This document shows, piece by piece, positions 8,584-17,955 of a stretch of DNA of 64,000 nt. Below the pieces are notes generated by a model, which saw only the letters and a program-made list of their open reading frames with translations, was not told the DNA's origin and ran no database searches. The stretch's first letter is position 1, and each line of letters starts with the position of its first letter. A program made the position numbers and the translations under genes. Origin of the DNA: Acidimicrobiia bacterium (GTDB lineage: Bacteria > Actinomycetota > Acidimicrobiia > Spongiisociales > ZC4RG35). The DNA is taken from positions 4,553-68,552 of the forward strand of contig JBGTLA010000109.1 in the NCBI GenBank assembly GCA_041744375.1, read 5' to 3'.

Positions 8584-9921
8584 CTACGAATCTACGGCCC
8601 TCACCAGATGCAGCTCCCACTCGTCGGGGACCCCCTTGAGTGAGTGCCTGCCCAGTGATTCGAATCGAAGGCCGCTCCCGGCTACGAGGTCCTTGACGGT
8701 GCGGGACACCACCACCTCTCCGGGGCCGGCCAGTGAGGCGATGCGGGCGGCTATGTGGACCACCAACCCGGCGACGTCGTCGCCCACGATCTCGACCTCG
8801 CCCGTGTGGAGGCCGCAGCGAACATCGATCTTGAGGGCGGGGACGGCCGCAGCGATCGCTTGCGAGCAGCTGATGGCCCGGGCAGGCCCATCGAAAGTGG
8901 CGACGAACCCGTCGCCGGTCGTGTTGACCTCTTTCCCGCGCCAGCGATGCAACTCATCGCGAACTATGGCGTTGTGCCGTTCGAGTACGTCGGTCCACAC
9001 CCGGTCTCCCAAACTCGACGCCACCTCATTGGATGAGACGATGTCGGTGAACAAGACGGTGGCGAGCACTCGATCCGGCACCTGGGCCGTGCGGTGACCG
9101 GTGACGAATTCTTCTATCTCGGCCAGGAGCGGGTCGGGATCACCCGCCCAGAAGAAGTGGTCGGCACCGGCCAGCTCCACCAGGCGAGCGTCGGGGATGT
9201 AAGAGGCTATGTAGCGGCCCTCCTCGACGTCGACGTCTGGATCCTCCCGGCGATAGAGCAACAAGGTTGGAACACGAATGACGGGAAGGATCGAAGTGAC
9301 GTCGATCTGTGAGTTCATCCTCATCAAGGCGGCCGCGGCCTTGGGACTCGACGACAGACGGGCGTACCGGCTCATCCAGGACCCGAAGGCCTCGTCGCCC
9401 GCCCGACTGGGCGCCGAGGTCTCGACCGTCATCGTTTCGGGCCACGTTTGCTCGGTCTCTTCGATGGCTTTCTCTCGCTCATCCCACGTCGGTGCCCACG
9501 GGTGGTCGTCAGAACGGATCCGCTTGGCATAGGAACCGGTCAGGACCAAACCCTCGGTTCGCTGGGGATAGGTGGCGGCGAAGAGGATGCACATGTTGCC
9601 GCCCTCCGAGTGCCCAAAGAGCGTGGCCCGCTCCGAGCCGACGGCATCCATGACCGCCCTCACGTCGTCCATCCGCACCTCGAGGGTGGGGAGTTGGTCC
9701 AGCCCGACTGAATCTGACAGCCCGGTGCCACGTTTGTCGAAGGTGATGAGACGCGTAAACGAGGCGAGACGTCGCAGGAACCGGGCCAGACCGGGGTCCT
9801 CCCACATCACCTCGATGTTGGAGATCCATCCCGGCACATAGACGAGGTCACGGGGACCGTCCCCGGTCACCTGACAGGCGATGTTGACGTCGCCACTTCG
9901 GGCGTAATTGGTCACCGGCAA
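8584..9921 (-). CDS. Alpha/beta-hydrolase fused to class III adenylate/guanylate cyclase domain (paralog of 4926-6236)
   Basis: 445 aa. Same architecture: LVYVPGWISNIE / GHSEGG hydrolase blocks, then LFTDIVSS, TTGDGFVATFDGP, GLHTGEV and IAARIA cyclase blocks. Confidence 0.8.
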   Translation of the reverse strand: MPVTNYARSGDVNIACQVTGDGPRDLVYVPGWISNIEVMWEDPGLARFLRRLASFTRLITFDKRGTGLSDSVGLDQLPTLEVRMDDVRAVMDAVGSERATLFGHSEGGNMCILFAATYPQRTEGLVLTGSYAKRIRSDDHPWAPTWDEREKAIEETEQTWPETMTVETSAPSRAGDEAFGSWMSRYARLSSSPKAAAALMRMNSQIDVTSILPVIRVPTLLLYRREDPDVDVEEGRYIASYIPDARLVELAGADHFFWAGDPDPLLAEIEEFVTGHRTAQVPDRVLATVLFTDIVSSNEVASSLGDRVWTDVLERHNAIVRDELHRWRGKEVNTTGDGFVATFDGPARAISCSQAIAAAVPALKIDVRCGLHTGEVEIVGDDVAGLVVHIAARIASLAGPGEVVVSRTVKDLVAGSGLRFESLGRHSLKGVPDEWELHLVRAVDS

Positions 9922-10109
9922 GGTGAGTAGATCCTAGAGCCCCCATAGCGTGGCCGACCGAGGATGATCTCAGGGGACGGGCGAATAGGGACGGCTGCAG
10001 GAACCCGAGCCACTCTTCAACGGCGTTCCATGGCTTGGCCGGCCGCCTATCCGCGCGTTCCCTCGGTTCGATGCTTAGAGGTTGGTCGATTCGGGTAAGA
10101 CGAGGCACA

Positions 10110-10589
10110 ATGTTCAACGCACGCACGATCGCACGCACCCTGTTGGCCGGGATCTTCATCGTCGGGGGATGGGACTCGCTCCAACACCCCAAGCCGAAAA
10201 CGGGAGCGGCCCAAGAAGTGGGTGTTCCCATCGCCGAGAAAGTTGGCCTCTCCACCGACCCCATGGATCTCGTCAAGATCAACGGCGCCGTCCAGTTCGG
10301 CGGTGGCATACTGCTGGCGTTGGGGTGGATGCCGCGCCTAGCCGCCCTCGCACTCGGCGCCACCCTGGTGCCCACCACCGTCTCAGCCCACCGATTCTGG
10401 GAGATCAAAGACACCGACCAGCGCAAGGCCCAAATGATGCATGCGTTCAAGAACGCCTCGATACTCGGTGGACTGATCATGGCGGCCCTCGACCATGGCA
10501 GCCGCCCCTCGGTCTTCTGGATGACACGCAGGGCCACCGATCGCGCCGGCGACGCCCTGGCCGGGGCCATGGACAAGGTCACTGGATAA
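10110..10589 (+). CDS. DoxX-family membrane protein
   Basis: The sequence MFNARTIARTLLAGIFIVGGWDSLQHPK ... GGGILLALGW is typical of DoxX. The ATG at 10110 is preceded by a gacgagg RBS-like sequence. The track ORF extends to 10035, but that N-terminal part is Arg-rich. Confidence 0.7.
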   Translation: MFNARTIARTLLAGIFIVGGWDSLQHPKPKTGAAQEVGVPIAEKVGLSTDPMDLVKINGAVQFGGGILLALGWMPRLAALALGATLVPTTVSAHRFWEIKDTDQRKAQMMHAFKNASILGGLIMAALDHGSRPSVFWMTRRATDRAGDALAGAMDKVTG

Positions 10590-10611
10590 GACTGCGCCCC
10601 GACGACGGTGG

Positions 10612-13600
10612 CTAGCCGACAGATTCGAGGGGGACGGCAGCGGCGGTTGCCCCCCTGAACCTCTCCCGAAGACGCTCGTCGACCATGTCAGAAACGATCG
10701 ACTCGATCGTCTCGCGGGCTGCGTCCATGGCAGCGGCCGCGTCAGATTCCCGCCCCAGCTCGGTGTAGGCACGGGAGATGGTGGCGTGGATACGCCACAG
10801 CTCACCTCGTAGCCCCATCGTGGCCGCGGAAGCCCCCACCGGGTCCAGAATCTCGAGAGCGGCGGCTGGGTCGCCCTCGTCGAGTGCCAGCAATCCCATG
10901 ACGCGTCCCAAGGCAGGCTGAACGTTGGCCGTTTGACTGTCATCGAGGAAACGTCCCGCCTTCGACAGGAATTCACGCGCCGTATCCCGGTCGCCCAGTG
11001 CCAGGTGGGCCTCAGCCGAACCGACGAGTGACCAGGGCTTCTCCAGGTAAGTGGTGGCCGAGGAGGCAGAGAGGCTACGAGCGAACTGCTCGGCCGCCTC
11101 CTGGGGACGGCCCAGCTGCAGGTCGCTCCACCCCAGCTGCCCCCAAATTGAAGCGGCGAACATCTCCCCGAGGGGTCGCTCCATCAGCTCCAGCGCCTCC
11201 GCCCGCAACCGTGCGACCTCCGCGGAGTCAGCCGCGACCTCGGCGTGCAGGCGGGCGAGATAGGCAGAGGATGAGGCCGTTATGAACACCTGGCCCAGCT
11301 CCTCGGCCAGGCGGAGGCTCTCGTGGATGAGGGCGAAGGCGTCCCCGTAGCGTCCGAGCTGGCGGGCGATGTAGCCCGCCATCATCGCCGCCTCCGCCGC
11401 CCACGACGAACCGTGTTTCTTCATCGTCTCGAATCCTGCCCGAGTCTCCCGGTAGGCCTCCTCCACCCGGCCCTGCCGCAGGCGGTATACCGGCGACCCA
11501 ACGGCGTCGACGGCCGCCTGGAACACCTCGTCGCCGGATTCGTCGGCCGCCCGGACCGCCTCGGCCAAGGCGAGCTCTCCGTCTTCGTAACGGCCTCCGC
11601 TGGCGAGAGAGACGGCGCGCTGGATCAGGCCCTGCATGCGGAACTGAACCGATCCCGCAGCCGTCCCGCTCTTTGACGCTCCGGCGTCGTGGGCGGCGGC
11701 TTTGTCCATGTCTCCCTGGCCCGTGGCGATCATGCAGCTGTTGAGGTGGTACTCGGCCAGACCAAGGTCGTCGTGGTGCACCTCGGCGAGACGGCGGGCC
11801 TGTTCGAGGTAGTCGGTGGCGAGGTCGAAGTCGCCGCCCAGAGCAGCAGCGGTGAAGCCGAGCCGGTTCAGGGCGGTGACCTGCACCTTCGGCTCCGAAC
11901 GCACCTTCCCGAACTCGAACATCTCCTGGTAGCTCGAGGCGGCCTGGGTGAGGTCAGGAATGAGGGTGTAGGCGTTGCCCAGACCCTCGTGGGCCCGCCG
12001 AAGCAACCCTTCGTCGGAGTCTTCGAGCGCCGAGTCGAGCGCCCGGGAGTAGAAGCGGATGGCGTCGGCCAACGACATGGCCCGGGCGGCTCGGTCGCCC
12101 GCCTCGACCAGGTACGGCAGGGCCCGCGCCGTCTCTCCGGCCTCGACGAGATGGAAAGCGATCACGGGCGCATCGTCGGGTCGAACCTCCTCGAGATAGG
12201 CCGCCATGCGGGCGTGGAGACTGCGACGAGATCGCCGGAGCACCGACTGGTAGGCGGTATCCTGGACGAGAGCGTGACGGAAGGCGTACACCCGCTCGGG
12301 GAGGTAGGCCCGCTCCTCCATCAGGTTCCGGCGCTGTAAGTCGGCCAGAGCTACCTCCAGGTCGACTCCCTCGTCGGCCAGATGCTCGAGCTCGGAGAGC
12401 CGGAACTCACGCCCGATCACAGAGGCGAGTTGGGCCACGACCTTGCCACCCTCATCGAGCCGATCGAGCCGGGATGTCAGGAGCCCAGTAATCGTGGGCG
12501 ACAAGTCGACTTCGGTGATGGTGTCGGCGACACGCCACCGACCGTTCTTCTCGACGAGGGAGCCCGACTCGAGGAGGGAGCCGAGCAGCTCCTCGAGGTA
12601 GAAGGGGTTGCCCTCCGCTCGGGTGATCAAGGTGGCGGACAGTTCGGGGTCGAAGCCCTCGCCCAACATCTGTGTCACCATGTCGGCGGCGGCCTGGGGA
12701 CCGAGCGGCTCGAGGGTAATGGGTGTGTAGCGATGCTCGTAGAGGCGAGCCGCCGTCTCGTGGAAGTGCCAGGAGGGATCCTCGCGGTAGGGCCGCATGG
12801 CCACCAATAGGAGGAGCATCGCCCGGTCGGTGACGGCCTTGAGCTCTTCGAGCAGGGCGAGGCTGACGGCGTCCGCCCAGTGCAGGTCTTCGATGACGAG
12901 GATGAGGGGACGGTGGCCGACGGCGGCCTCGATGAGGGCGATCACCGCCGCGAAAGTACGCCGCTGCAGCATCGGGGCGGCCATGTTGGCGATGATTCGG
13001 TCCGCTTCGGGGCCGGCTTCCACACCTAACAGCGGCGCCAGGTAAGGCAGGTGCGTTTCGGCCTCCTCGGGGAGGAGGCTCTTGAGGGCATCGGTCAGCT
13101 TGGAGCGCCGGACGAGGTCGTTGTCCTCGGGGTGGAACTCGAGGCAATCGGAGAGAAGATCGACGATCGGCCAGTAGGGAACGGCCGAGTTGTAGGAGAT
13201 GGACCGCCCCTGACCCCACCCAATGGTGTCGCGGGGAGCATCGTCCGACCACCACGGGCCTCTTCGGCCCTGGGCTTCGAGGTCGTTGGCCAGCTCGGCA
13301 ATGAGCCGGGACTTGCCGTGACCGGCCTCACCGATCAGCGCACAGATACCACCCCGGCCCTGCCCCAACCGGTCGGTGAGGTCGTGCAACGTTTCCATTT
13401 CGGCTAGACGGCCAACGATCCCCGAGGCCAGGCCGGGAACACCCCGGGTCGGCCCAGGCCGGTCGCGGTGGCGCAGGGGCCGGTAGGTCTGGATCGGCTC
13501 GACCTTGCCCTTGACCTCGATGGCGCCCAGCTCGGCGAACTCGAAGAGGGGGGCGGTGAGGCGGTGGGTGTTGTCGCTGACCTGAACGGTGCCCGGCTCG

Positions 13601-14271
13601 GCGGTCTGTTCCATGCGGGCGGCGACATTGATGGCGTCGCCGATGGCCGTGTAGGTGACCCGCAGGTCGGAGCCGACCTCGCCTACCACCACCAGCCCGG
13701 TGTTGACGCCAACGCGGATGCGGATGGGAATGCCCCACTGCTTCTCCACCCGCAGCGAGTAGGGAGCGATGGAGTCGATCATCTCCAGACCAGCGAGCAC
13801 GGCCCGCTCGGGATCGTCCTCGTGGGCGATGGGAGCCCCGAAGAAGGCGAGGACACCGTCGCCCTGGAGGGTGGCCAGGGTTCCTTCGTAGCGATAGACG
13901 GGTCGGATCATCCGCTCGAAGGCCCCGTTGATGATCTCCACCCAATCCTCGGGATCGAGTTGCTCGGCGGCCGCCGTGGAACCGGTCACATCGGCGAAGA
14001 GGGCGGTGACGGTGCGCCGCTCCCCCGACATGGCCCGCCCGGTGCGGGCCGCCTCGATCTTGGTGAGGAGCGTCTCGGGCAGGTAGCGGCTCAGGTCATC
14101 GGCCCGCTCAGAGCGGGATGCGTCCAACTGATGTCCGCAATTGGGACAGAAGTGGGCATCGGAGGGAATGCGATGGGCGCAGACCGGGCAGGCCATACCC
14201 AGCGACTGCCCGCAGTCGGCGCAGAACGACGCATCCGGCGGGTTGAGATAGCTACAGGTTGGGCATTCCAC
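10612..14271 (-). CDS. Multidomain signalling protein: double zinc ribbon, class III cyclase domain, AAA/STAND-type ATPase and TPR-like helical repeats
   Basis: 1219 aa, GTG start after AGGTGA. Two CxxC...CxxC ribbons (CPTCS..CADCG; CPVCA..CPNCG). Cyclase blocks LFADVTGST, LQGDGVLAFFGAP, GVNTGLVVVGEVG, INVAARM. Walker A GEAGHGKSRL with Walker B LILVIEDLHWAD. Long alpha-helical Ala/Leu-rich C-terminus. Confidence 0.85.
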   Translation of the reverse strand: MECPTCSYLNPPDASFCADCGQSLGMACPVCAHRIPSDAHFCPNCGHQLDASRSERADDLSRYLPETLLTKIEAARTGRAMSGERRTVTALFADVTGSTAAAEQLDPEDWVEIINGAFERMIRPVYRYEGTLATLQGDGVLAFFGAPIAHEDDPERAVLAGLEMIDSIAPYSLRVEKQWGIPIRIRVGVNTGLVVVGEVGSDLRVTYTAIGDAINVAARMEQTAEPGTVQVSDNTHRLTAPLFEFAELGAIEVKGKVEPIQTYRPLRHRDRPGPTRGVPGLASGIVGRLAEMETLHDLTDRLGQGRGGICALIGEAGHGKSRLIAELANDLEAQGRRGPWWSDDAPRDTIGWGQGRSISYNSAVPYWPIVDLLSDCLEFHPEDNDLVRRSKLTDALKSLLPEEAETHLPYLAPLLGVEAGPEADRIIANMAAPMLQRRTFAAVIALIEAAVGHRPLILVIEDLHWADAVSLALLEELKAVTDRAMLLLLVAMRPYREDPSWHFHETAARLYEHRYTPITLEPLGPQAAADMVTQMLGEGFDPELSATLITRAEGNPFYLEELLGSLLESGSLVEKNGRWRVADTITEVDLSPTITGLLTSRLDRLDEGGKVVAQLASVIGREFRLSELEHLADEGVDLEVALADLQRRNLMEERAYLPERVYAFRHALVQDTAYQSVLRRSRRSLHARMAAYLEEVRPDDAPVIAFHLVEAGETARALPYLVEAGDRAARAMSLADAIRFYSRALDSALEDSDEGLLRRAHEGLGNAYTLIPDLTQAASSYQEMFEFGKVRSEPKVQVTALNRLGFTAAALGGDFDLATDYLEQARRLAEVHHDDLGLAEYHLNSCMIATGQGDMDKAAAHDAGASKSGTAAGSVQFRMQGLIQRAVSLASGGRYEDGELALAEAVRAADESGDEVFQAAVDAVGSPVYRLRQGRVEEAYRETRAGFETMKKHGSSWAAEAAMMAGYIARQLGRYGDAFALIHESLRLAEELGQVFITASSSAYLARLHAEVAADSAEVARLRAEALELMERPLGEMFAASIWGQLGWSDLQLGRPQEAAEQFARSLSASSATTYLEKPWSLVGSAEAHLALGDRDTAREFLSKAGRFLDDSQTANVQPALGRVMGLLALDEGDPAAALEILDPVGASAATMGLRGELWRIHATISRAYTELGRESDAAAAMDAARETIESIVSDMVDERLRERFRGATAAAVPLESVG

Positions 14272-14381
14272 CGCTCACCTATCCTAGATCCGCAACGGTC
14301 AAGGTACACCTCCGCGCACGCGTCGGGTCAGGTCGACCGTCCAGTCGCCGAACCGACGGCGAAGCTACCCGATTCGCCTTG

Positions 14382-15668
14382 TCAGGGTGGGTTGGGGCCG
14401 GTCAGGTAGGTGTGGCCGCGGGGGCTGGTCCACACGTAAGTGGCGGGGGTGGGTTGTTGGAACTTCCAGCCGCCTTCGTGGCGGAGGCGGTGGTCGTGGC
14501 GGCAGGCCGGCTCGAGAGCCCTCACCAGGGTCTTGCCTCCCTTGGCCACCTCGAGGGCGTGATCGAAATCCGACTTCTGGGCGGGAACGCGACACCCGGG
14601 GAAGGTACAGGTGGGTTGGCGGGCCTCGACCCAGCGCCTTTGGGTGGCGGTGGGACGGCGCCGGGTAGTCCCATCCCACAACACCGCCCCGGTGTCGGGG
14701 TCAGTCACTACCACGCGCCACTCCCCATCCGGCTGTTGTTCGACGGCTTGGCGGGCCACGTCGGCGATGACCGGCCCCCATCCCGGAATCTCCCCCGACC
14801 GCTCGTCGAGACCCACCAGCGTTGCCAGGTCGACGCGGATGTCGACCATCGCCCGCCGCCGAGATGTGGGGTGGTGACGGCCCTCCAACAGGTCCAAGAA
14901 CACGTCGGCCCGCAACTGATCCATTGTGCGGGACTCGTCGCGGCTCTTCAGCCCCTGGGCCAGGCGGGTGAGATGCTCCATCACCGCCCCAGCCCGGTCG
15001 GCAAGCATGTTGAACCCGCACAGGCCGGCGGTGCCGTCGGGTGCCCGCTGGGCCACCACCCGACGGTCGTCCACCGCCCGCCAGTAGCGTTCGGAGGCAT
15101 CGTCGGGGTCGGCGTCGACGCACAACCGCTCCAAACGGACCCGGAGCTGACCGGTGGTCAGATCCCCTGCCCGAGGCAGAACCTTCTCGGCCACCTCCCG
15201 GGCCGTCTCCTCGGCGAGGTGATCGGTGCGGTCACACACCACCCTGGCCCGCGGCAGGTCGATGTCGCCGGCGTGCAAGGCCGCCCACACCGCCGGGAGA
15301 CGCTCCACCAGCCGCCACGCCACATCCAAGTTGTGCTCGGCGGCAGCACGGGTCCACGACATGGCGGCCCGGATCTCATCGGAAGCGAACTCGTCGGGCT
15401 CTTCCAGCCGCTCAGGCGGATCATCGGGACCACCAGGCGGCGAATACGCCATCGCCACCACGTCGGCGAAGAACTCCGCCTGCACCCGGGCCAACAGGCG
15501 GGACCGGGCCCGCATCAACACAACCAGCTCCCAACCGTTCAACCCATCCCTATCAACCGAATCCAACACCCCGGCCAACTCGGGACCGGGCGCCATGGCA
15601 TCGAGATCGTCGGGTAACACGGCACGGGGCGTAGCCCCCTGGCGGGGTTCGCTTATCCCCACCCCCAT
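14382..15668 (-). mobile_element. DUF222-type HNH endonuclease (13E12-repeat-family-like selfish element gene)
   Basis: C-terminal HNH block CTFPGCRVPAQKSDFDHALEVAKGGKT...CRHDHRLRHEG with the usual DUF222 N-terminal region. Start chosen at the ATG (15668) preceded by GGAGG; the track ORF extends to 15722. Confidence 0.7.
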
Positions 15669-15699
15669 ATGAGCCTCCACTCTCATACGCCACATCCTA

Positions 15700-15736
15700 A
15701 TCGAACACATGTTCGATTTCACGTACCTCTAGAGGT
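15700..15736. promoter_or_regulatory. AT-richer patch with two perfect palindromes (ATCGAACA-ca-TGTTCGAT at 15700-15717; ACCTCTAGAGGT at 15725-15736) just upstream of the HNH gene
   Basis: Both inverted repeats were verified base by base. Local GC is visibly lower than the flanks. Confidence 0.4.
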
Positions 15737-15894
15737 GAAGAGGTGGAGTCTCTGGCTTCGTATTTCTCGCCGTGCGTGGCCATCCAAGGCGCCGGTCGTG
15801 TCGCGGACGACAGGAGCCGGTCGAGAATGGTCCCAGAAGCCTTGCCTCACCAGCGATCCCGCCGGCGAAAATGGTCGACGATGTCTGCTTGGAC

Positions 15895-15916
15895 AGTAGT
15901 TGATATAACAACTACT
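15895..15916. promoter_or_regulatory. Palindrome AGTAGTTG-atataa-CAACTACT about 35 nt upstream of the LLM oxidoreductase start
   Basis: 8-bp perfect arms with a 6-nt AT spacer, followed by a taggagc RBS and ATG at 15951. Confidence 0.4.
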
Positions 15917-15950
15917 ATTGTGAGGAGACATTCCACCGAGTAGGAGCACC

Positions 15951-17105
15951 ATGCAGTTTGGAGTCTTCAGTGTCGGGGACGTCACCACCGACCCCACCAA
16001 CGGGCGCACGCCCACCGAAGCCGAGCGCATCGGGGCCATGGTGACGATCGCCCTCAAGACCGAAGAGGTCGGGCTGGACGTGTTCGCCACCGGTGAGCAC
16101 CACAACCCGCCTTTCGTTCCCTCCTCGCCCACCACGATGCTCGGCTTCATCGCCGCGCGCACCGAGCGGCTGACCTTGTCGACGGCCACCACGTTGATCA
16201 CCACCAACGACCCCGTGAAGATCGCCGAGGACTACGCCATGCTCCAGCATCTTGCCGAGGGCCGCGTCGACCTGATGATGGGCCGAGGCAACACCGGGCC
16301 CGTCTACCCGTGGTTCGGAAAGGACATCCGCGATGGCATCCCTCTCGCTATCGAGAACTATCACCTGCTCTGGCGCCTGTGGCGTGAAGACGTGGTGGAC
16401 TGGGAGGGCGAGTTCCGTACCCCGTTGCAGTCGTTCACATCCACTCCCCGCCCCCTGGACGGGGTACCTCCGTTCGTGTGGCACGGGTCTATCCGCAGTC
16501 CCGAGATCGCCGAACAGGCCGCCTTCTACGGCGACGGTTTCTTCGCCAACAACATCTTCTGGCCCAAGGACCATTTCCAGCGCCTCATCGACCTGTACCG
16601 GCAACGCTACGAGCACTATGGACACGGACGTGCCGACCAGGCCTTCGTTGGGATTGGTGGCCAGGTATACATGGCGAAGAACTCACAGGACGCCGTCCGT
16701 GAGTTCCGCCCCTATTTCGACCACGCCCCCGTGTACGGGTACGGGCCCTCCTTGGAGGAGTTCACCGACCAGACACCGTTGACGGTGGGCAGCCCCCAAC
16801 AGGTCATCGAAAAGACCCTTACCTTTCGTGACTATTTCGGCGACTACCAACGCCAGCTCTTCCTGATGGATCACGCCGGGTTGCCGCTCGGGTCCGTCCT
16901 CGACCAGCTCGAGATACTGGGAGCCGAAGTGGTTCCAGTTCTGCGTCGCGAGTTCGAGTCGCGGCGACCTGAGCATGTCCCCGCCAACCCACCGGGTCAC
17001 ACCGACCGGATCGTGGAGGCAGAACACCACAGCTATGTCGACCGAAAGCATGAAGGTGCCGGCGGTGGCAAGGAACGGCGGTCGGGTCTCAAGGGCGGTC
17101 TCTGA
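15951..17105 (+). CDS. LLM-class (luciferase-like) flavin/F420-dependent oxidoreductase
   Basis: 384 aa. N-terminal MQFGVFSVGD and a TIM-barrel LLM pattern (VFATGEHHNPPF; GRVDLMMGRGN). Confidence 0.8.
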   Translation: MQFGVFSVGDVTTDPTNGRTPTEAERIGAMVTIALKTEEVGLDVFATGEHHNPPFVPSSPTTMLGFIAARTERLTLSTATTLITTNDPVKIAEDYAMLQHLAEGRVDLMMGRGNTGPVYPWFGKDIRDGIPLAIENYHLLWRLWREDVVDWEGEFRTPLQSFTSTPRPLDGVPPFVWHGSIRSPEIAEQAAFYGDGFFANNIFWPKDHFQRLIDLYRQRYEHYGHGRADQAFVGIGGQVYMAKNSQDAVREFRPYFDHAPVYGYGPSLEEFTDQTPLTVGSPQQVIEKTLTFRDYFGDYQRQLFLMDHAGLPLGSVLDQLEILGAEVVPVLRREFESRRPEHVPANPPGHTDRIVEAEHHSYVDRKHEGAGGGKERRSGLKGGL

Positions 17106-17206
17106 TATCCTCGACAGATCGAGACCGAAGCCACCTTCCCACTGTCCAGCCTTCGCCCGAGTACCGGGATGCCGGTCGATGTAGTCGTCGCCGACGGCGC
17201 CGGCGC

Positions 17207-17878
17207 ATGAGCGGCGGGGACCTGACGGTGGTGGGAAATGAGGTGGGCCACTACCAGGAGTCTCTCCTAGCTCGCCACGACGAGCCGGTGCTGGTGGAGA
17301 TGGAACGTGTGGCCGGCGAGAGACGTTTCCCGATCGTGGGCCGGGCAGTGGGTGTCACGCTCGAGCTGCTGGCCCGCGGCATCGGCGCCCGCCGGGTCTT
17401 CGAGCTGGGGTCGGGCTTCGGCTATTCCGCCTACTGGTTCGCCCGGGCCGTGGGACCCGAAGGCGAGGTTCACTGCACCGACGGCGACCCCGCCAACCGT
17501 GACGAGGCGGAGCGTCATCTGATGGCAGCCGGCCTGTGGGACCGGGTGGAGTACCACGTCTCCGACGCGGTGGCGGCGATGGGCCGAACCGAGGGGGATT
17601 TCGATATCGTCTACAACGACGTCGACAAGGACGGGTACCCGGCGGCCTGGGAGGCGGCTCGGAGTCGGGTTCGGGTCGGGGGTCTGTACCTATGCGACAA
17701 CGTGCTGTGGTCGGGTCACGTGGCGGCCGAACCGCCCAGCACCCGACCCGGGTTCGAAGGTCGGGGTTACACCGAGGCCGTGGTCGCGCACAATCGAGTC
17801 GTCTCCGACGACCCCGATTTCCTCTCGGTGATCATCCCCACCCGTGACGGGGTGATGTGCGCCCTGCGGCTCCGCTAG
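17207..17878 (+). CDS. Class I SAM-dependent O-methyltransferase (caffeoyl-CoA OMT-like)
   Basis: 223 aa. SAM motif VFELGSGFGYSAYWFA; FDIVYNDVDKDGYP; GGLYLCDNVLWSG. Confidence 0.75.
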   Translation: MSGGDLTVVGNEVGHYQESLLARHDEPVLVEMERVAGERRFPIVGRAVGVTLELLARGIGARRVFELGSGFGYSAYWFARAVGPEGEVHCTDGDPANRDEAERHLMAAGLWDRVEYHVSDAVAAMGRTEGDFDIVYNDVDKDGYPAAWEAARSRVRVGGLYLCDNVLWSGHVAAEPPSTRPGFEGRGYTEAVVAHNRVVSDDPDFLSVIIPTRDGVMCALRLR

Positions 17879-17955
17879 AACGTTGCTCAACCACAGCGGA
17901 AGCCCGGTTACTTTGTTCATCCCTGTCCTGATGTAGAGATCAAGGTGAGACACCC

